A stretch of DNA of 27,752 nt from assembly GCA_046582655.1 (NCBI GenBank), contig JAYGDX010000317.1, positions 1 to 27,752 on the forward strand, in the 5' to 3' direction. This DNA is from Candidatus Poribacteria bacterium (lineage in GTDB: Bacteria > Poribacteria > WGA-4E > UBA9662). The position numbers and the translations under genes are program-made. Positions 8,249-18,214 of the stretch are shown here, in pieces (the first letter of the stretch is position 1; each line of letters starts with the position of its first letter). Below the pieces are notes generated by a model. It searched no databases. It was not told the DNA's origin and was given only the letters and a program-made list of their open reading frames with translations.

Positions 8249-10486
8249 ATGATTAAAAAACTTCTGATTTGTGCCACAATATTTGCGTTCGCCCTGACGG
8301 CGTTGCGTTCACAGACCCCGCTTCAAGAAGACTACGGTGCTATTCAAACGGCACACGATTTTTACTACGACAAGAAATATGCAAAAGCCTTATCTGCCTA
8401 TACAGACTTACTAGAAAGTCCACTTCAGACTAATACCAAAGATTTGATCCGGCTAAATATTGGTCGTTGTTATAGCGAATTGGGAGATGATGTAAGCGCT
8501 ATCCAATCCTTTAGAGCATTAATCGACGAGAAGCCTGACGATTCTTACTCTACACAAGCGGTTTATCAGATTGCTAATCTTTACGCGAATCGTTACCAGT
8601 ATGGAGAAGCAACACAAGCTTGCAGAAAACTTTCCGAGAAATATCCTGATACTAAAACGGCGTCAATAGCCGGTTACTTGACAGCACAATATCTCTACTA
8701 CGATCAGAGATATGATGAGGCGATAAAGTGCTATCATGATTATTTAAACAATTATTCATCCTCGCCTTATCGAGTCAGTGTAATCCAAACATTAATCCGT
8801 ATTTATAGATCACGCCAAGAATACAAAGAAGCGGAGAAGTTGATTCGAGATCAACTGGCCATTAATCCAAGCGATACGAATCTCTTCGAACAACTTGCGG
8901 ATCTTTATAAATCTCAAGGTAGGCGAAAGGAAGCTCTTAGTCTCTACCAAAGTGTCCTTGAAAAAAATCCAGGTGACACGGACTTACTGAAAAAACTGGG
9001 GGAGCTATACGCAGAATCTGGACAGAAGGATTTAGCCATTGAACAGTGGTCAAAAATTACCAGCAGCGGCTCCAACCAGTACTATCGTTACCAGAAGCTT
9101 GGCCAAGTATATTTATCCAATCAGATGTATGATAAAGCTGTTGATGCTTACGAAACGGCGCTTGAAATCAACCCCAAAAATTCGTATCTATACACTCAAT
9201 TGGCAAATGTATACAAAATTCAAGGGAAAATTGAAAAAGTAGTTGATACTCACCTACAGGCGCTTAGTATTATTGACATTGGTTATGCTGGACGCGGTGA
9301 GATTATTCCAGAACTGGCTGAAATTTACGAAGGAAATCAACGTCGTCAATTACTCAACAACATAATTCATCGAATTGAAGTAATGCTTCAGCAGAATCCT
9401 CAAAATGCAAAAATGGTGCTGGCACTGGCAGAAATTCATTTTCATCAAGCTGATTACGAAGCATCACTCAGAAACTTCAGACGGCTAAGCAACCTGTATT
9501 CTGCTGATCAGGGGCGGCAACTCGAAAAACACGCACAAATTCTTGAACGGGAAGGAATTTTCTCCGCAACCCAATTTTACCAAGCAATTGCTGAGTTCTA
9601 TCCAAGCAGTCATTTGAAGCGAAGTGCCCAAGTAAAACTCGCACAACTTTACAAAAAAGCCAAAAGATGGAAAGAGGCAATTGCGGTGTTGCGACAAATA
9701 TCACCATCGGATTCATCAACTCAGGTGTTGCTTGGTAAAATTTATCTGGATGGATTACATAACCTTGACATCGCAGAAGGAATATTTCAGCAACTCTCCA
9801 GTCAACAGTTGTTTCCTAATCTGCGACAGCAGGTGAATTTATTAATCGCCGAATGCTATATTTTGCGCGGCAGATCAACTGCAGCACAAAGTATTCTTGG
9901 TCCACTAGTCAAAAAACCCGGCGATTTTCAACTACCCGCTCAAAAATTGATAGGAGATTCCTATCTTTTCAAAGCGGAATTCGATAAAGCGGTTAGTCAC
10001 TACAAAAAAGTACTCGAAATCTCGGTGTCTGATCCCTCGAGTAATGATGCATTAGACTTGATTGCTCTTATTCAATCCAACGGAGATTTTAACAAATTAC
10101 CACTTAAGAGTTATGTTGGAGCTGTGGCGGCAAATCGGCGGGGCGAAATAGGGGCTGCAATCCAGATTTGCCAGGGTGTAATTCAGGAGTTCTCAAATTC
10201 ATTTATCGTTGATGATGCTTGGTGGTTAATTGCTCAGATCCAGGAACGCCAAAAGGCTTATACTAAAGCAATTGAAACTCTACAAAATATCATAGAAGGT
10301 TCCCAATCTTTAATCGTACCAGAAGCACAGGCCAAAATTGCTGATCTGTATCTACTGAAAAACGAACCCGAACTTGCTATTCAGAATTATACGTCACTGG
10401 TTGCAGATTACCCTGATAGTGTCATGGCAAATTACGCTCGGCAACAGATTGATCTGCTTGGTAAAAATCAACCTGTGGTTGAATAA
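8249..10486 (+). CDS. Large exported tetratricopeptide-repeat protein
   Basis: Signal peptide MIKKLLICATIFAFALTA; TPR pattern along the whole length (A..Y..L...YP.S; LGELY; ALEINPKN); 21 bp after the VWA gene. Confidence 0.92.
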   Translation: MIKKLLICATIFAFALTALRSQTPLQEDYGAIQTAHDFYYDKKYAKALSAYTDLLESPLQTNTKDLIRLNIGRCYSELGDDVSAIQSFRALIDEKPDDSYSTQAVYQIANLYANRYQYGEATQACRKLSEKYPDTKTASIAGYLTAQYLYYDQRYDEAIKCYHDYLNNYSSSPYRVSVIQTLIRIYRSRQEYKEAEKLIRDQLAINPSDTNLFEQLADLYKSQGRRKEALSLYQSVLEKNPGDTDLLKKLGELYAESGQKDLAIEQWSKITSSGSNQYYRYQKLGQVYLSNQMYDKAVDAYETALEINPKNSYLYTQLANVYKIQGKIEKVVDTHLQALSIIDIGYAGRGEIIPELAEIYEGNQRRQLLNNIIHRIEVMLQQNPQNAKMVLALAEIHFHQADYEASLRNFRRLSNLYSADQGRQLEKHAQILEREGIFSATQFYQAIAEFYPSSHLKRSAQVKLAQLYKKAKRWKEAIAVLRQISPSDSSTQVLLGKIYLDGLHNLDIAEGIFQQLSSQQLFPNLRQQVNLLIAECYILRGRSTAAQSILGPLVKKPGDFQLPAQKLIGDSYLFKAEFDKAVSHYKKVLEISVSDPSSNDALDLIALIQSNGDFNKLPLKSYVGAVAANRRGEIGAAIQICQGVIQEFSNSFIVDDAWWLIAQIQERQKAYTKAIETLQNIIEGSQSLIVPEAQAKIADLYLLKNEPELAIQNYTSLVADYPDSVMANYARQQIDLLGKNQPVVE

Positions 10487-10517
10487 AAATGTTGTAAGAC
10501 TAGGTCTTAACTTTTGC

Positions 10518-10546
10518 TTGAATTTGGCTATTGTCTATGCTAGAAT
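10518..10546 (+). promoter_or_regulatory. sigma70 promoter of the EF-G paralogue gene
   Basis: TTGAAT (10518-23), 17 bp, TGc-TAGAAT (extended -10, hexamer 10541-46); RBS AAAGGAG at about 10574-80. Confidence 0.7.
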
Positions 10547-10594
10547 GCCGGAATCTGTCTTGCAGTTAAGGATAAAGGAGATCTAACTAAATTT

Positions 10595-12682
10595 ATGAAG
10601 GAATACCAAACAAAAAATATCCGAAACATCGGTTTAGTTTCACATTCTAACGCTGGCAAAACCACGCTTATAGAGGCAATCCTTTTTAACAGCGGCACCA
10701 TTGACAAGATGGGAAGTGTTGATCAAGGAACTTCAGCCAGCGATCATGCGGATGATGAAATTGAACGAAAAATAACCATCAACTGTTCGATCTGTGTTGC
10801 AGAATGGGAAGATCATAAACTAAATTTGATTGATAGTCCTGGAGCAGATGATTTTTATGGGGATCTTGAAAGCGTCCTTCGGGTTGTAGATGGTGTGATT
10901 GTTATTGTTGATGCTACAATGGGAATTGAAAGTGGTACTGAAAAAGTGTGGGAAATTATAGAAAAATATAATCTCCCAGCTACTATTTTTATCAATAAAA
11001 TGGACAAGGAAAATGCGAATTTCGCAGAAACTATCGATAACATAAAGAACATTCTTGAGGTATCAACAGCAACGACTCAATTACCGATAGGCCAAGATTC
11101 TGATTTCTCAGGCATAGTAGACCTCATCCAAATGAAATCATCTTTAAAACCGAATGGTAGAGATGCCCATCCCGAATCCGATATTCCCACCGACATGGCG
11201 GATGCTGTCGAAGAAACCCGAGAGGAATTGATCGAAGTCGCAGCTGAAAGCGATGATGGATTAATCGAGAAGTACTTTGAAGAAGGAGAACTTTCGTCGG
11301 AAGAGATTCAGCTTGGCATCCAAAACGCTTTTCGTAGCAAGGCTAGAATTGTCCCTATACTTTGTGGTTCAGCACTTGAAAACATTGGTGTTCAAAATTT
11401 GATGGATTTTGTCGTTGAATGTTTTCCCTCTCCGGAAGATGCCGGTATAATTGAGAGCGAAGACGGTGGAATGACTCGTGATGCGGGCATATCGTCTCCG
11501 ATGTCCGCATTAGTTTTCAAAACTTTGGCAGATCCTTTTGCTGGGCGATTAACGCTGTTCCGAGTTTATTCAGGTGTTTTGATCGGTGATTCTCAGATCT
11601 TCAATTCAGCCAAAGGCCAAAATGAAAAGATTGGGAAAGTCTCATTCATGAATGGCAAGCATCTTATCGATACTCCTCAAATCGTCGCGGGGGATTTTGG
11701 TGTTGCTATCAAACTTATCAACGCTCAGACAGGGGATACTTTTTGCGATGCGGATAATGTTATTAAACTTCCCTCAATTAATTTTCCAAATCCGGTCATT
11801 TCTTTTGCAATTCTACCAGCACGTGAAGGTGACGATGAAAAGCTGTCAACCATTCTACAACGTATGTCTGAAGAGGATCCAACCTTTCGGATAGAACGTA
11901 ACGATACAACTCGACAGTTGCTGGTATCTGGATTAGGTGAAGTCCATCTCAATGTTATACGTGGACGTATGAAAGATAAGTTCGGTGTTGAAACAGCAAT
12001 AGAAGATCCGAAAGTAGCATACAAAGAAACCATTCGTGGTCGTGCTAATGGAATAAGAGGAAGACTGAAGAAACAAAGTGGTGGTCGTGGACAGTTTGGA
12101 GAGGTTTGGATTAACTTGGAGCCAACACAACTTGGGGAAAGCGGGGATGATGAATTTGAATTTGTGAATAAGGTTGTTGGTGGTTCTATCCCAACCAATT
12201 ACATTCCTGCGGTTGAAAAAGGAATACGTCAGACTAGAACAAGTGGAGTTCTGGCAGGTTATCCGTTTGTCGATTTTCGGGTTACGTTGTACGATGGTAA
12301 ACATCATCCAGTTGATTCGTCTGACCTCGCCTTCCAAATTGCTGGATCTCAAGCTCTGCGGGATGCTACTCTTGATGCTAAACCGGTAATGCTCGAACCA
12401 ATCATGGATGTCGAGATTTCCGTGCCGGACCAGTTCATGGGTGATGTCATTGGCGATCTAAATAGTAAGCGTGGTCGCGTAATGGGTGTTGAACAAGTAG
12501 GAAAACGTCAGGTCATTGGCGCCACTGTCCCATTATCAGAAATGTTTCGTTATTCGATTGATCTCAAATCGATTACTAGTGCTCGTGGTAGTTTTACCAT
12601 GGACTTTTCCCGTTATGAACAGTTGCCGGATGAACTGGCTCAGAAAGTTATTGCCGATTCCAAGACGGATGACACTGAGTGA
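10595..12682 (+). CDS. fusA: Elongation factor G paralogue (EF-G2 / EF-G II type)
   Basis: IRNIGLVSHSNAGKTT, ERKITI, DSPG, NKMD, GSAL, EEDPTF, GLGEVHL, KKQSGGRGQFG, HPVDSS and LEPIM motifs; stand-alone, no rpsL/rpsG/tuf neighbours. Confidence 0.95.
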   Translation: MKEYQTKNIRNIGLVSHSNAGKTTLIEAILFNSGTIDKMGSVDQGTSASDHADDEIERKITINCSICVAEWEDHKLNLIDSPGADDFYGDLESVLRVVDGVIVIVDATMGIESGTEKVWEIIEKYNLPATIFINKMDKENANFAETIDNIKNILEVSTATTQLPIGQDSDFSGIVDLIQMKSSLKPNGRDAHPESDIPTDMADAVEETREELIEVAAESDDGLIEKYFEEGELSSEEIQLGIQNAFRSKARIVPILCGSALENIGVQNLMDFVVECFPSPEDAGIIESEDGGMTRDAGISSPMSALVFKTLADPFAGRLTLFRVYSGVLIGDSQIFNSAKGQNEKIGKVSFMNGKHLIDTPQIVAGDFGVAIKLINAQTGDTFCDADNVIKLPSINFPNPVISFAILPAREGDDEKLSTILQRMSEEDPTFRIERNDTTRQLLVSGLGEVHLNVIRGRMKDKFGVETAIEDPKVAYKETIRGRANGIRGRLKKQSGGRGQFGEVWINLEPTQLGESGDDEFEFVNKVVGGSIPTNYIPAVEKGIRQTRTSGVLAGYPFVDFRVTLYDGKHHPVDSSDLAFQIAGSQALRDATLDAKPVMLEPIMDVEISVPDQFMGDVIGDLNSKRGRVMGVEQVGKRQVIGATVPLSEMFRYSIDLKSITSARGSFTMDFSRYEQLPDELAQKVIADSKTDDTE

Positions 12683-12967
12683 TTTGAGATACCTTAGCGT
12701 AAATATCTGGCCAGTGTTCCCTTCTCTACTTCAATTTCTGTGATTCATCAATGGTTTTGCGTCTCGGGCTTGATCGTTCTCTACCAGTGGGTTCAATGAC
12801 TTCAGCATATCTAAGGCCCTTTTGGTCTTTTGTTTTTCCTTGAGTTGATTCCCATAAGGTCATACCTTAATTAGATTGTCCCGAGATGTAATTATCATAG
12901 CTAGAAATTAACCGGCTTCCAATGTTCAAATGCATAGGTTGCAATTGGAGTTAGATGATACTGTGGC

Positions 12968-13023
12968 TTGATATTTCGGTATCCATCTGTTATACTCCCT
13001 CTGAATCAGAACGCTGGTATAAT
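12968..13023 (+). promoter_or_regulatory. Tandem sigma70 promoter elements upstream of ftsH
   Basis: TTGATA (12968-73), 17 bp, TGt-TATACT (hexamer 12991-96); second extended -10 TGgTATAAT (13015-23). Confidence 0.7.
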
Positions 13024-13119
13024 TGATTCCTAGCCGTTTTCTGAGCTTGGTTTTCATTCGCTTCTTATTGAATCTACTTTAATTTTTACTCCAAATATCT
13101 GTAGGAAGGTCGACGTTTC

Positions 13120-15027
13120 GTGGGCAAGAATGCTAAAAGTGGGTTAGTTTGGTTGATTATCATTGCGATCATCGCTTTTGCGACGTGGAATATGATAGGA
13201 TCCAAAGAAACTGTCTACCAGCTCGCTGCTTCTGATTTTTATAGTCTCATCCAGCAAAAAGGCAGTAGAAATTTTTTCGACGTAACGCAAAAGATTAAGA
13301 TTGGTCAAGAATTAATTGAAGGTAGGTTTAGGGATAGTGCAGTTAAAGAAGTTGAACAAATTATCGGTCGCCAATCTCCAACAACAGAATTCCCTAGTGA
13401 TTGGAAGGGGGATTTTAAGACGTCCCGTGACCTATTTTCCAATTACCCACTTCAAGAAAAGTTGATTGAATATGGTATTCCATTTGACAATAAGCCAAGT
13501 TCAAATTTTCCACAATGGCTTGTTATATTTGGAACAACAATCCTGCCGATTGTACTTTTTATTGGCATAATGGTTTTCATCTCAAGACAGATGCAGGGAG
13601 TAGGCAATCGGGCGATGTCGTTTGGCAAAAGCCGCGCGCGCTTGCACTCAGAAGGTCAATCTAAGAAGAGCTTTGAGGATGTCGCTGGTTGTGATGAAGC
13701 AAAAGAGGGATTAGAAGAAGTCATTCTTTTTTTACAGGACCCCAAACGCTTTCAAAAACTCGGCGGGCGTATTCCCAAAGGTGTTTTGTTGATGGGACCT
13801 CCTGGTACAGGAAAAACTCTACTTGCTCGTGCCGTTGCCGGTGAAGCAGATGTTCCATTCTATTCGATCAGTGGATCTGATTTTGTCGAAATGTTTGTTG
13901 GTGTTGGTGCTTCACGTGTACGGGATCTTTTTGATACTGGGAAGAAGAATGCCCCCTGTATTATTTTCATTGATGAACTTGATGCTGTTGGCCGACATCG
14001 TGGTGCTGGTATCGGCGGAGGGCATGATGAACGAGAACAAACGTTGAATCAGCTTCTTGTTGAGATGGATGGCTTTGACACAACTGAAGGCGTTATTCTT
14101 ATCTCGGCAACAAATCGACCCGATGTCCTTGATCCTGCCCTACTACGTCCAGGACGATTTGACCGGCAGATTGTAGTAGATCTGCCAACGGTGAAAGGTC
14201 GCGAGGAAATTTTTAAAGTTCACTCGTCTCCACCAATAAAACTTGCAGATGATGTTGACATGTCAGTCTTAGCCAGGTCGACACCATATTTTTCTGGTGC
14301 GGACATCGCGAATATGGTAAATGAAGCTGCACTACTTGCGGCGAAAGAGGATAAAGAAGCTATCAATCAAGCGTGCCTGGATGAAGCGAAGGATCGCGTA
14401 ATGATGGGGCCAGAACGACGGAGTATGGCACTCAGTGACGAGGAGAGAAAAATCACGGCCCACCACGAAGCTGGTCATGCAATACTCAACCACTTCTTGC
14501 CTGAAAGCGATCCAAACTATAAATGTACCATTATCCCGCGTGGGCGGGCGTTGGGAGTAACGGTAAAACTCCCGGAAGTAGAGCGTTACAACTACGGCAA
14601 AAAATATTTGTTGAGTGAGATTGTTGTCCTGCTTGGAGGTCGTGTTGCTGAAGAGATTATGTTTGGTGAGCAGACAACTGGTGCCCAAAATGATTTCGAA
14701 AGATCCACTAGCATGGCACGGAAAATGGTGACGCAGTGGGGGATGAGTGAGCTAGGACCATTGTCATTTGGCAATGGCAAACGTGATGAACAAGTTTTTC
14801 TTGGCAAGGAACTAGCACACCAACAAGACTATAGTGAGAACACTGCTATTGAAATTGATCGTGCTGTCAGGCAGATTATTAACGAATGTTATGATCAGGC
14901 ACGAACGGTTATTGAAACCAACCTTGATGGATTGAAGAAACTTGCCGAAAATCTGCTTGAACATGAAACGCTGGTTCTGTCTCAGATCGTAGAGATTCTT
15001 GGTCCACGTCCTTCACTATCGTCATAA
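13120..15027 (+). CDS. ftsH: ATP-dependent zinc metalloprotease FtsH
   Basis: Two TM helices, Walker A GPPGTGKT, Walker [17 protein letters not shown] pore loop, [18 protein letters not shown] zinc motif. Confidence 0.99.
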   Translation: MGKNAKSGLVWLIIIAIIAFATWNMIGSKETVYQLAASDFYSLIQQKGSRNFFDVTQKIKIGQELIEGRFRDSAVKEVEQIIGRQSPTTEFPSDWKGDFKTSRDLFSNYPLQEKLIEYGIPFDNKPSSNFPQWLVIFGTTILPIVLFIGIMVFISRQMQGVGNRAMSFGKSRARLHSEGQSKKSFEDVAGCDEAKEGLEEVILFLQDPKRFQKLGGRIPKGVLLMGPPGTGKTLLARAVAGEADVPFYSISGSDFVEMFVGVGASRVRDLFDTGKKNAPCIIFIDELDAVGRHRGAGIGGGHDEREQTLNQLLVEMDGFDTTEGVILISATNRPDVLDPALLRPGRFDRQIVVDLPTVKGREEIFKVHSSPPIKLADDVDMSVLARSTPYFSGADIANMVNEAALLAAKEDKEAINQACLDEAKDRVMMGPERRSMALSDEERKITAHHEAGHAILNHFLPESDPNYKCTIIPRGRALGVTVKLPEVERYNYGKKYLLSEIVVLLGGRVAEEIMFGEQTTGAQNDFERSTSMARKMVTQWGMSELGPLSFGNGKRDEQVFLGKELAHQQDYSENTAIEIDRAVRQIINECYDQARTVIETNLDGLKKLAENLLEHETLVLSQIVEILGPRPSLSS

Positions 15028-15272
15028 TTGAAAAGTCTGTAAAGACTAATTTAAGCTATTATTAGTCATCATTTTTCGTCGGAAGATTGGTCACAACACA
15101 TTAAAGTCCTCATGAAGAAAACATTTCGTCAAGAAGTCGATAAGTGCAGCCTGGCATTATAAATATTCAAATGAGCTTTGCAGGGTTATGGTTTGCTGAA
15201 GTCACATTGCCTGTAGGCTCATTTACTTTCCAAAATCCTTCCCAAACAGGTGTTTTTCCAATCTCGTAAATC

Positions 15273-16094
15273 ATGACCCCGAAACAGGTGGTACTTGGCA
15301 AGCGAACGCTCATCATGGGTATTTTGAATGTAACGCCAGACTCTTTTTCGGATGGTGGTCGGTTTGCCTCTACGCAGCACGCAGTTAAAAATGCCAAAAA
15401 GATGGTTGACGATGGTGCAGATATTATCGACATTGGTGGCGAATCCTCTAGACCTGGTGCAGATCCAGTTTCGGTCGATGAGGAGTTGGAACGGGTAATT
15501 CCCGTTGTTCGAGGCGTGACAGATGAAACTGAGGCCATTATTTCCGTTGATACATGTAAAGCTGCTGTCGCAGATCAAGCACTTCAAGCAGGAGCAGACA
15601 TGATTAACGACATCACCGCACTTCGGTTTGATCCGGATATTGTACATGTGGTTGCTGAAGCCAATGCTAGCATAATACTAATGCATATGCAAGGTAATCC
15701 ACGTACGATGCAGCAGACTCCAGCTTATACTAATCTTATTGATGAGGTTAGCCTGTTTTTGCAGGAAAGTATTGAATTCGCTGAATCCAACGGAGTAGCG
15801 CCGGGGCGGATTTTTATTGATCCCGGCATCGGTTTCGGTAAGACCGTCCAACATAATTTGGAAATTTTGCGGCAACTTGATCAGTTCAAAAGATTAGGTA
15901 AACCGATGTTAATCGGAACCTCTCGAAAATCCTTCATTGGTAAGATTCTAGATCTGCCAGTTGAATGTCGACTTGAAGGAACTGCGGCCACAGTAGCTTG
16001 GTCAATTGCGGGTGGAGTTGATATTGTGCGTGTTCACGATGTTAAGCCAATGAAGCGTGTTGCAAAAATGACGGATGCCATCTATCGATATTAA
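15273..16094 (+). CDS. folP: Dihydropteroate synthase
   Basis: IMGILNVTPDSFSDGG, DIGGESSRPGA, DPGIGFGK, SRKSFIG, RVHDV; classic ftsH-folP synteny. Confidence 0.98.
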   Translation: MTPKQVVLGKRTLIMGILNVTPDSFSDGGRFASTQHAVKNAKKMVDDGADIIDIGGESSRPGADPVSVDEELERVIPVVRGVTDETEAIISVDTCKAAVADQALQAGADMINDITALRFDPDIVHVVAEANASIILMHMQGNPRTMQQTPAYTNLIDEVSLFLQESIEFAESNGVAPGRIFIDPGIGFGKTVQHNLEILRQLDQFKRLGKPMLIGTSRKSFIGKILDLPVECRLEGTAATVAWSIAGGVDIVRVHDVKPMKRVAKMTDAIYRY

Positions 16095-16119
16095 TTTCTT
16101 CCGAAACAGACAAAATCTG

Positions 16120-16536
16120 ATGCAATCCCAGTCCCCAATTCGTCATCAAGTTGTTATCGGAGTTGGTATTGATCTAGTCGAAATTAAGCGCATCAAAAAA
16201 GCAATCAGGAGATGGGGAGAGAGATTTGAGAAGCGTGTTTTTACCGTGCAGGAAATTGATTACTGTGGCAAGGAAGAAGTAGGCTTTCAGCGATTTGCCG
16301 CCCGATTTGCGGCAAAGGAAGCAACATTGAAGGCACTAGGTACAGGTCTGGTTGGTGATATGAGATGGCATGATGTGGAAGTTATTTCTAACCCATCGGG
16401 CCAACCTCATCTTCAGCTTAGTGGGAGTGTTGCTAACTGTGCAAACCAAATGGGTGCATCACAGATGCTTCTTTCGCTTTCTCACACGGAGAACTATGCG
16501 ATTGCAAACGTTATACTCCTTGGAACAACAAATTGA
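16120..16536 (+). CDS. acpS: Holo-[acyl-carrier-protein] synthase
   Basis: GVGIDLVEI.RI, AARFAAKEATLKALGTG, LSLSH. ATG 16120 chosen; ORF open from 16075. Confidence 0.96.
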   Translation: MQSQSPIRHQVVIGVGIDLVEIKRIKKAIRRWGERFEKRVFTVQEIDYCGKEEVGFQRFAARFAAKEATLKALGTGLVGDMRWHDVEVISNPSGQPHLQLSGSVANCANQMGASQMLLSLSHTENYAIANVILLGTTN

Positions 16537-17600
16537 AAATTCAGTTTATCCGCTTATTCTTTTTTTCTAAACTTATTCTTCTCCTATTGATCATTGTTGA
16601 TGCTGTATTCTCACAGCAAACTCAGGTTAACAATATCCCGCAATCAAACGCCAATCTTTTTCTACGAAAGCTTACCTTAATTGAAACCTATAATTATTCA
16701 GTGCTAACCAGCTTAAACCATAAACCACATCTAGTCTATTATAGTGTACGAAATCCTCGGTTAATAGCAACAATCTTAACCAGAAAAAATAAAACGGATT
16801 ATTTCTCTGATGATAAGATTTATCATTTACCTGCGGAAAGATTAGAGTTTGTTCGCTTGGTTTCATTAATTAAAAGAAATCGGCTGAGTCTTGATTTTGG
16901 ATTTGACCATGCGGGTTATTTTAGTCGCGTGAATGTCGAAGGGAAATCAGTCAACGCCTTTCCAAAAACAGATATGGCGCTTGGATTGCATTACAGTACA
17001 CAACTTAGCCGAGTATTGATAGGGTTTGACGCTAGGTGGATACGCTCAAAATTGTTGTTAGACCAAAAAGGTCAGATTGGACACGGCTATACATATAATT
17101 TGGGGGCAATTTATCATTTCCAGCGGAACTTTCGGATGGGTGCGGTGTTGAGAAATATGAGTAATGGTCTATCGTTTGCAGATAACGCTGTTCCTGACTG
17201 GATTGAGCGGGATATTCTGATTTTCGGTCTGTATAATTTTCAGTTCCAAGGCTTTGCTTGTTCGCTTGCGGTTGATGTTAATCCGCCTTTTAAGAATGGG
17301 ATCCGTGCCAAGGTCCGTAGTGACATCAATTATAAAACCGTCACTTGGCAAGTCGGATACCGACAACATGTCGATAGACGCACTTATCCATTTGAAATTG
17401 TTGAAGCCAACGAATCGCAAGTTAGTGACAGAATCTGGACAATTGAAGGGATAACTCTGGGTGTTAATGTCAGATTAGGATCTACCGTAATAAATATTGG
17501 TTTTGAACCTCAAGTGCGTCCAGTAGCACAATCTGGTGAGAGGATCCGAATTGATCGGGGTAGAGCCGTTTACATATTTTCCATTCGTCAAAGCCTTTAA
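16533..17600 (+). CDS. Putative outer-membrane beta-barrel protein (PorV/FadL-like)
   Basis: Signal peptide; alternating amphipathic strands (DMALGLHYS, YNLGAIYHF, FRMGAVLRNM, ITLGVNVRL, AVYIFSIRQSL). Confidence 0.6.
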   Translation: MKIQFIRLFFFSKLILLLLIIVDAVFSQQTQVNNIPQSNANLFLRKLTLIETYNYSVLTSLNHKPHLVYYSVRNPRLIATILTRKNKTDYFSDDKIYHLPAERLEFVRLVSLIKRNRLSLDFGFDHAGYFSRVNVEGKSVNAFPKTDMALGLHYSTQLSRVLIGFDARWIRSKLLLDQKGQIGHGYTYNLGAIYHFQRNFRMGAVLRNMSNGLSFADNAVPDWIERDILIFGLYNFQFQGFACSLAVDVNPPFKNGIRAKVRSDINYKTVTWQVGYRQHVDRRTYPFEIVEANESQVSDRIWTIEGITLGVNVRLGSTVINIGFEPQVRPVAQSGERIRIDRGRAVYIFSIRQSL

Positions 17601-17602
17601 AA

Positions 17603-18202
17603 ATGTCTAATCAATACGAGACGATTGATGGAGTTACTGAATCGAAATTAGTTATTAAAAAGTCCCGATTTATTGGACTCGCGACTTCAACGGGAAATCT
17701 TGAATCGATTGAGAAATTTCTGAGTTTTGTGCAGTCACAATTCCCTGGTGCAACTCATTATTGCTACGCCTACAAAATTAAACTTGTAAACCAATTATGT
17801 GAGTATGCGAATGATGCTGGCGAACCGAGGAATAGTGCTGGACAACCCATCCTTTCTGTGTTGAAAAATTCAGGTTTGTCGAACATCACTTGTATCGTAG
17901 TTCGTTACTACGGTGGAACTAAGCTTGGTGTTGGAGGATTAATTAGAGCATACAGCGAATGTACGCGGAATTGTCTAGGTGTTGCTAAGAGAAAAACCGA
18001 AATTTTATACAGCGAATTGCAAATCCAGATAGGATATAGTCAAGTCGGCACGCTATTTAAGCTTTTGGATCGATTCAAGGGGGAGTTAATAAACATACAT
18101 TACAATGAGGTCGTCAATCTTAAATTTAAAATGCGACAGCAGAAAGTCCAACATTTTCAAAGACAATTAGATGCCATTAACTTGGTGGCAAAGGACATCT
18201 AG
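17603..18202 (+). CDS. yigZ: YigZ/IMPACT family protein
   Basis: IKKSRFIG, ATHYCYAY, NDAGEPRNSAGQPIL, VVRYYGGTKLGVGGLIRAYS. Confidence 0.95.
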   Translation: MSNQYETIDGVTESKLVIKKSRFIGLATSTGNLESIEKFLSFVQSQFPGATHYCYAYKIKLVNQLCEYANDAGEPRNSAGQPILSVLKNSGLSNITCIVVRYYGGTKLGVGGLIRAYSECTRNCLGVAKRKTEILYSELQIQIGYSQVGTLFKLLDRFKGELINIHYNEVVNLKFKMRQQKVQHFQRQLDAINLVAKDI

Positions 18203-18214
18203 AACAGGTCAAAT

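Noticed and set aside
10508..10537. sigmaE-like TAACTT...GTCTA upstream of the EF-G gene
   Set aside because: Spacing is about 19-20 bp, too long; a good sigma70 promoter explains the region.
10855..15875. Antisense and alternate-frame ORFs inside fusA, ftsH and folP
   Set aside because: Shadow ORFs of highly conserved genes.
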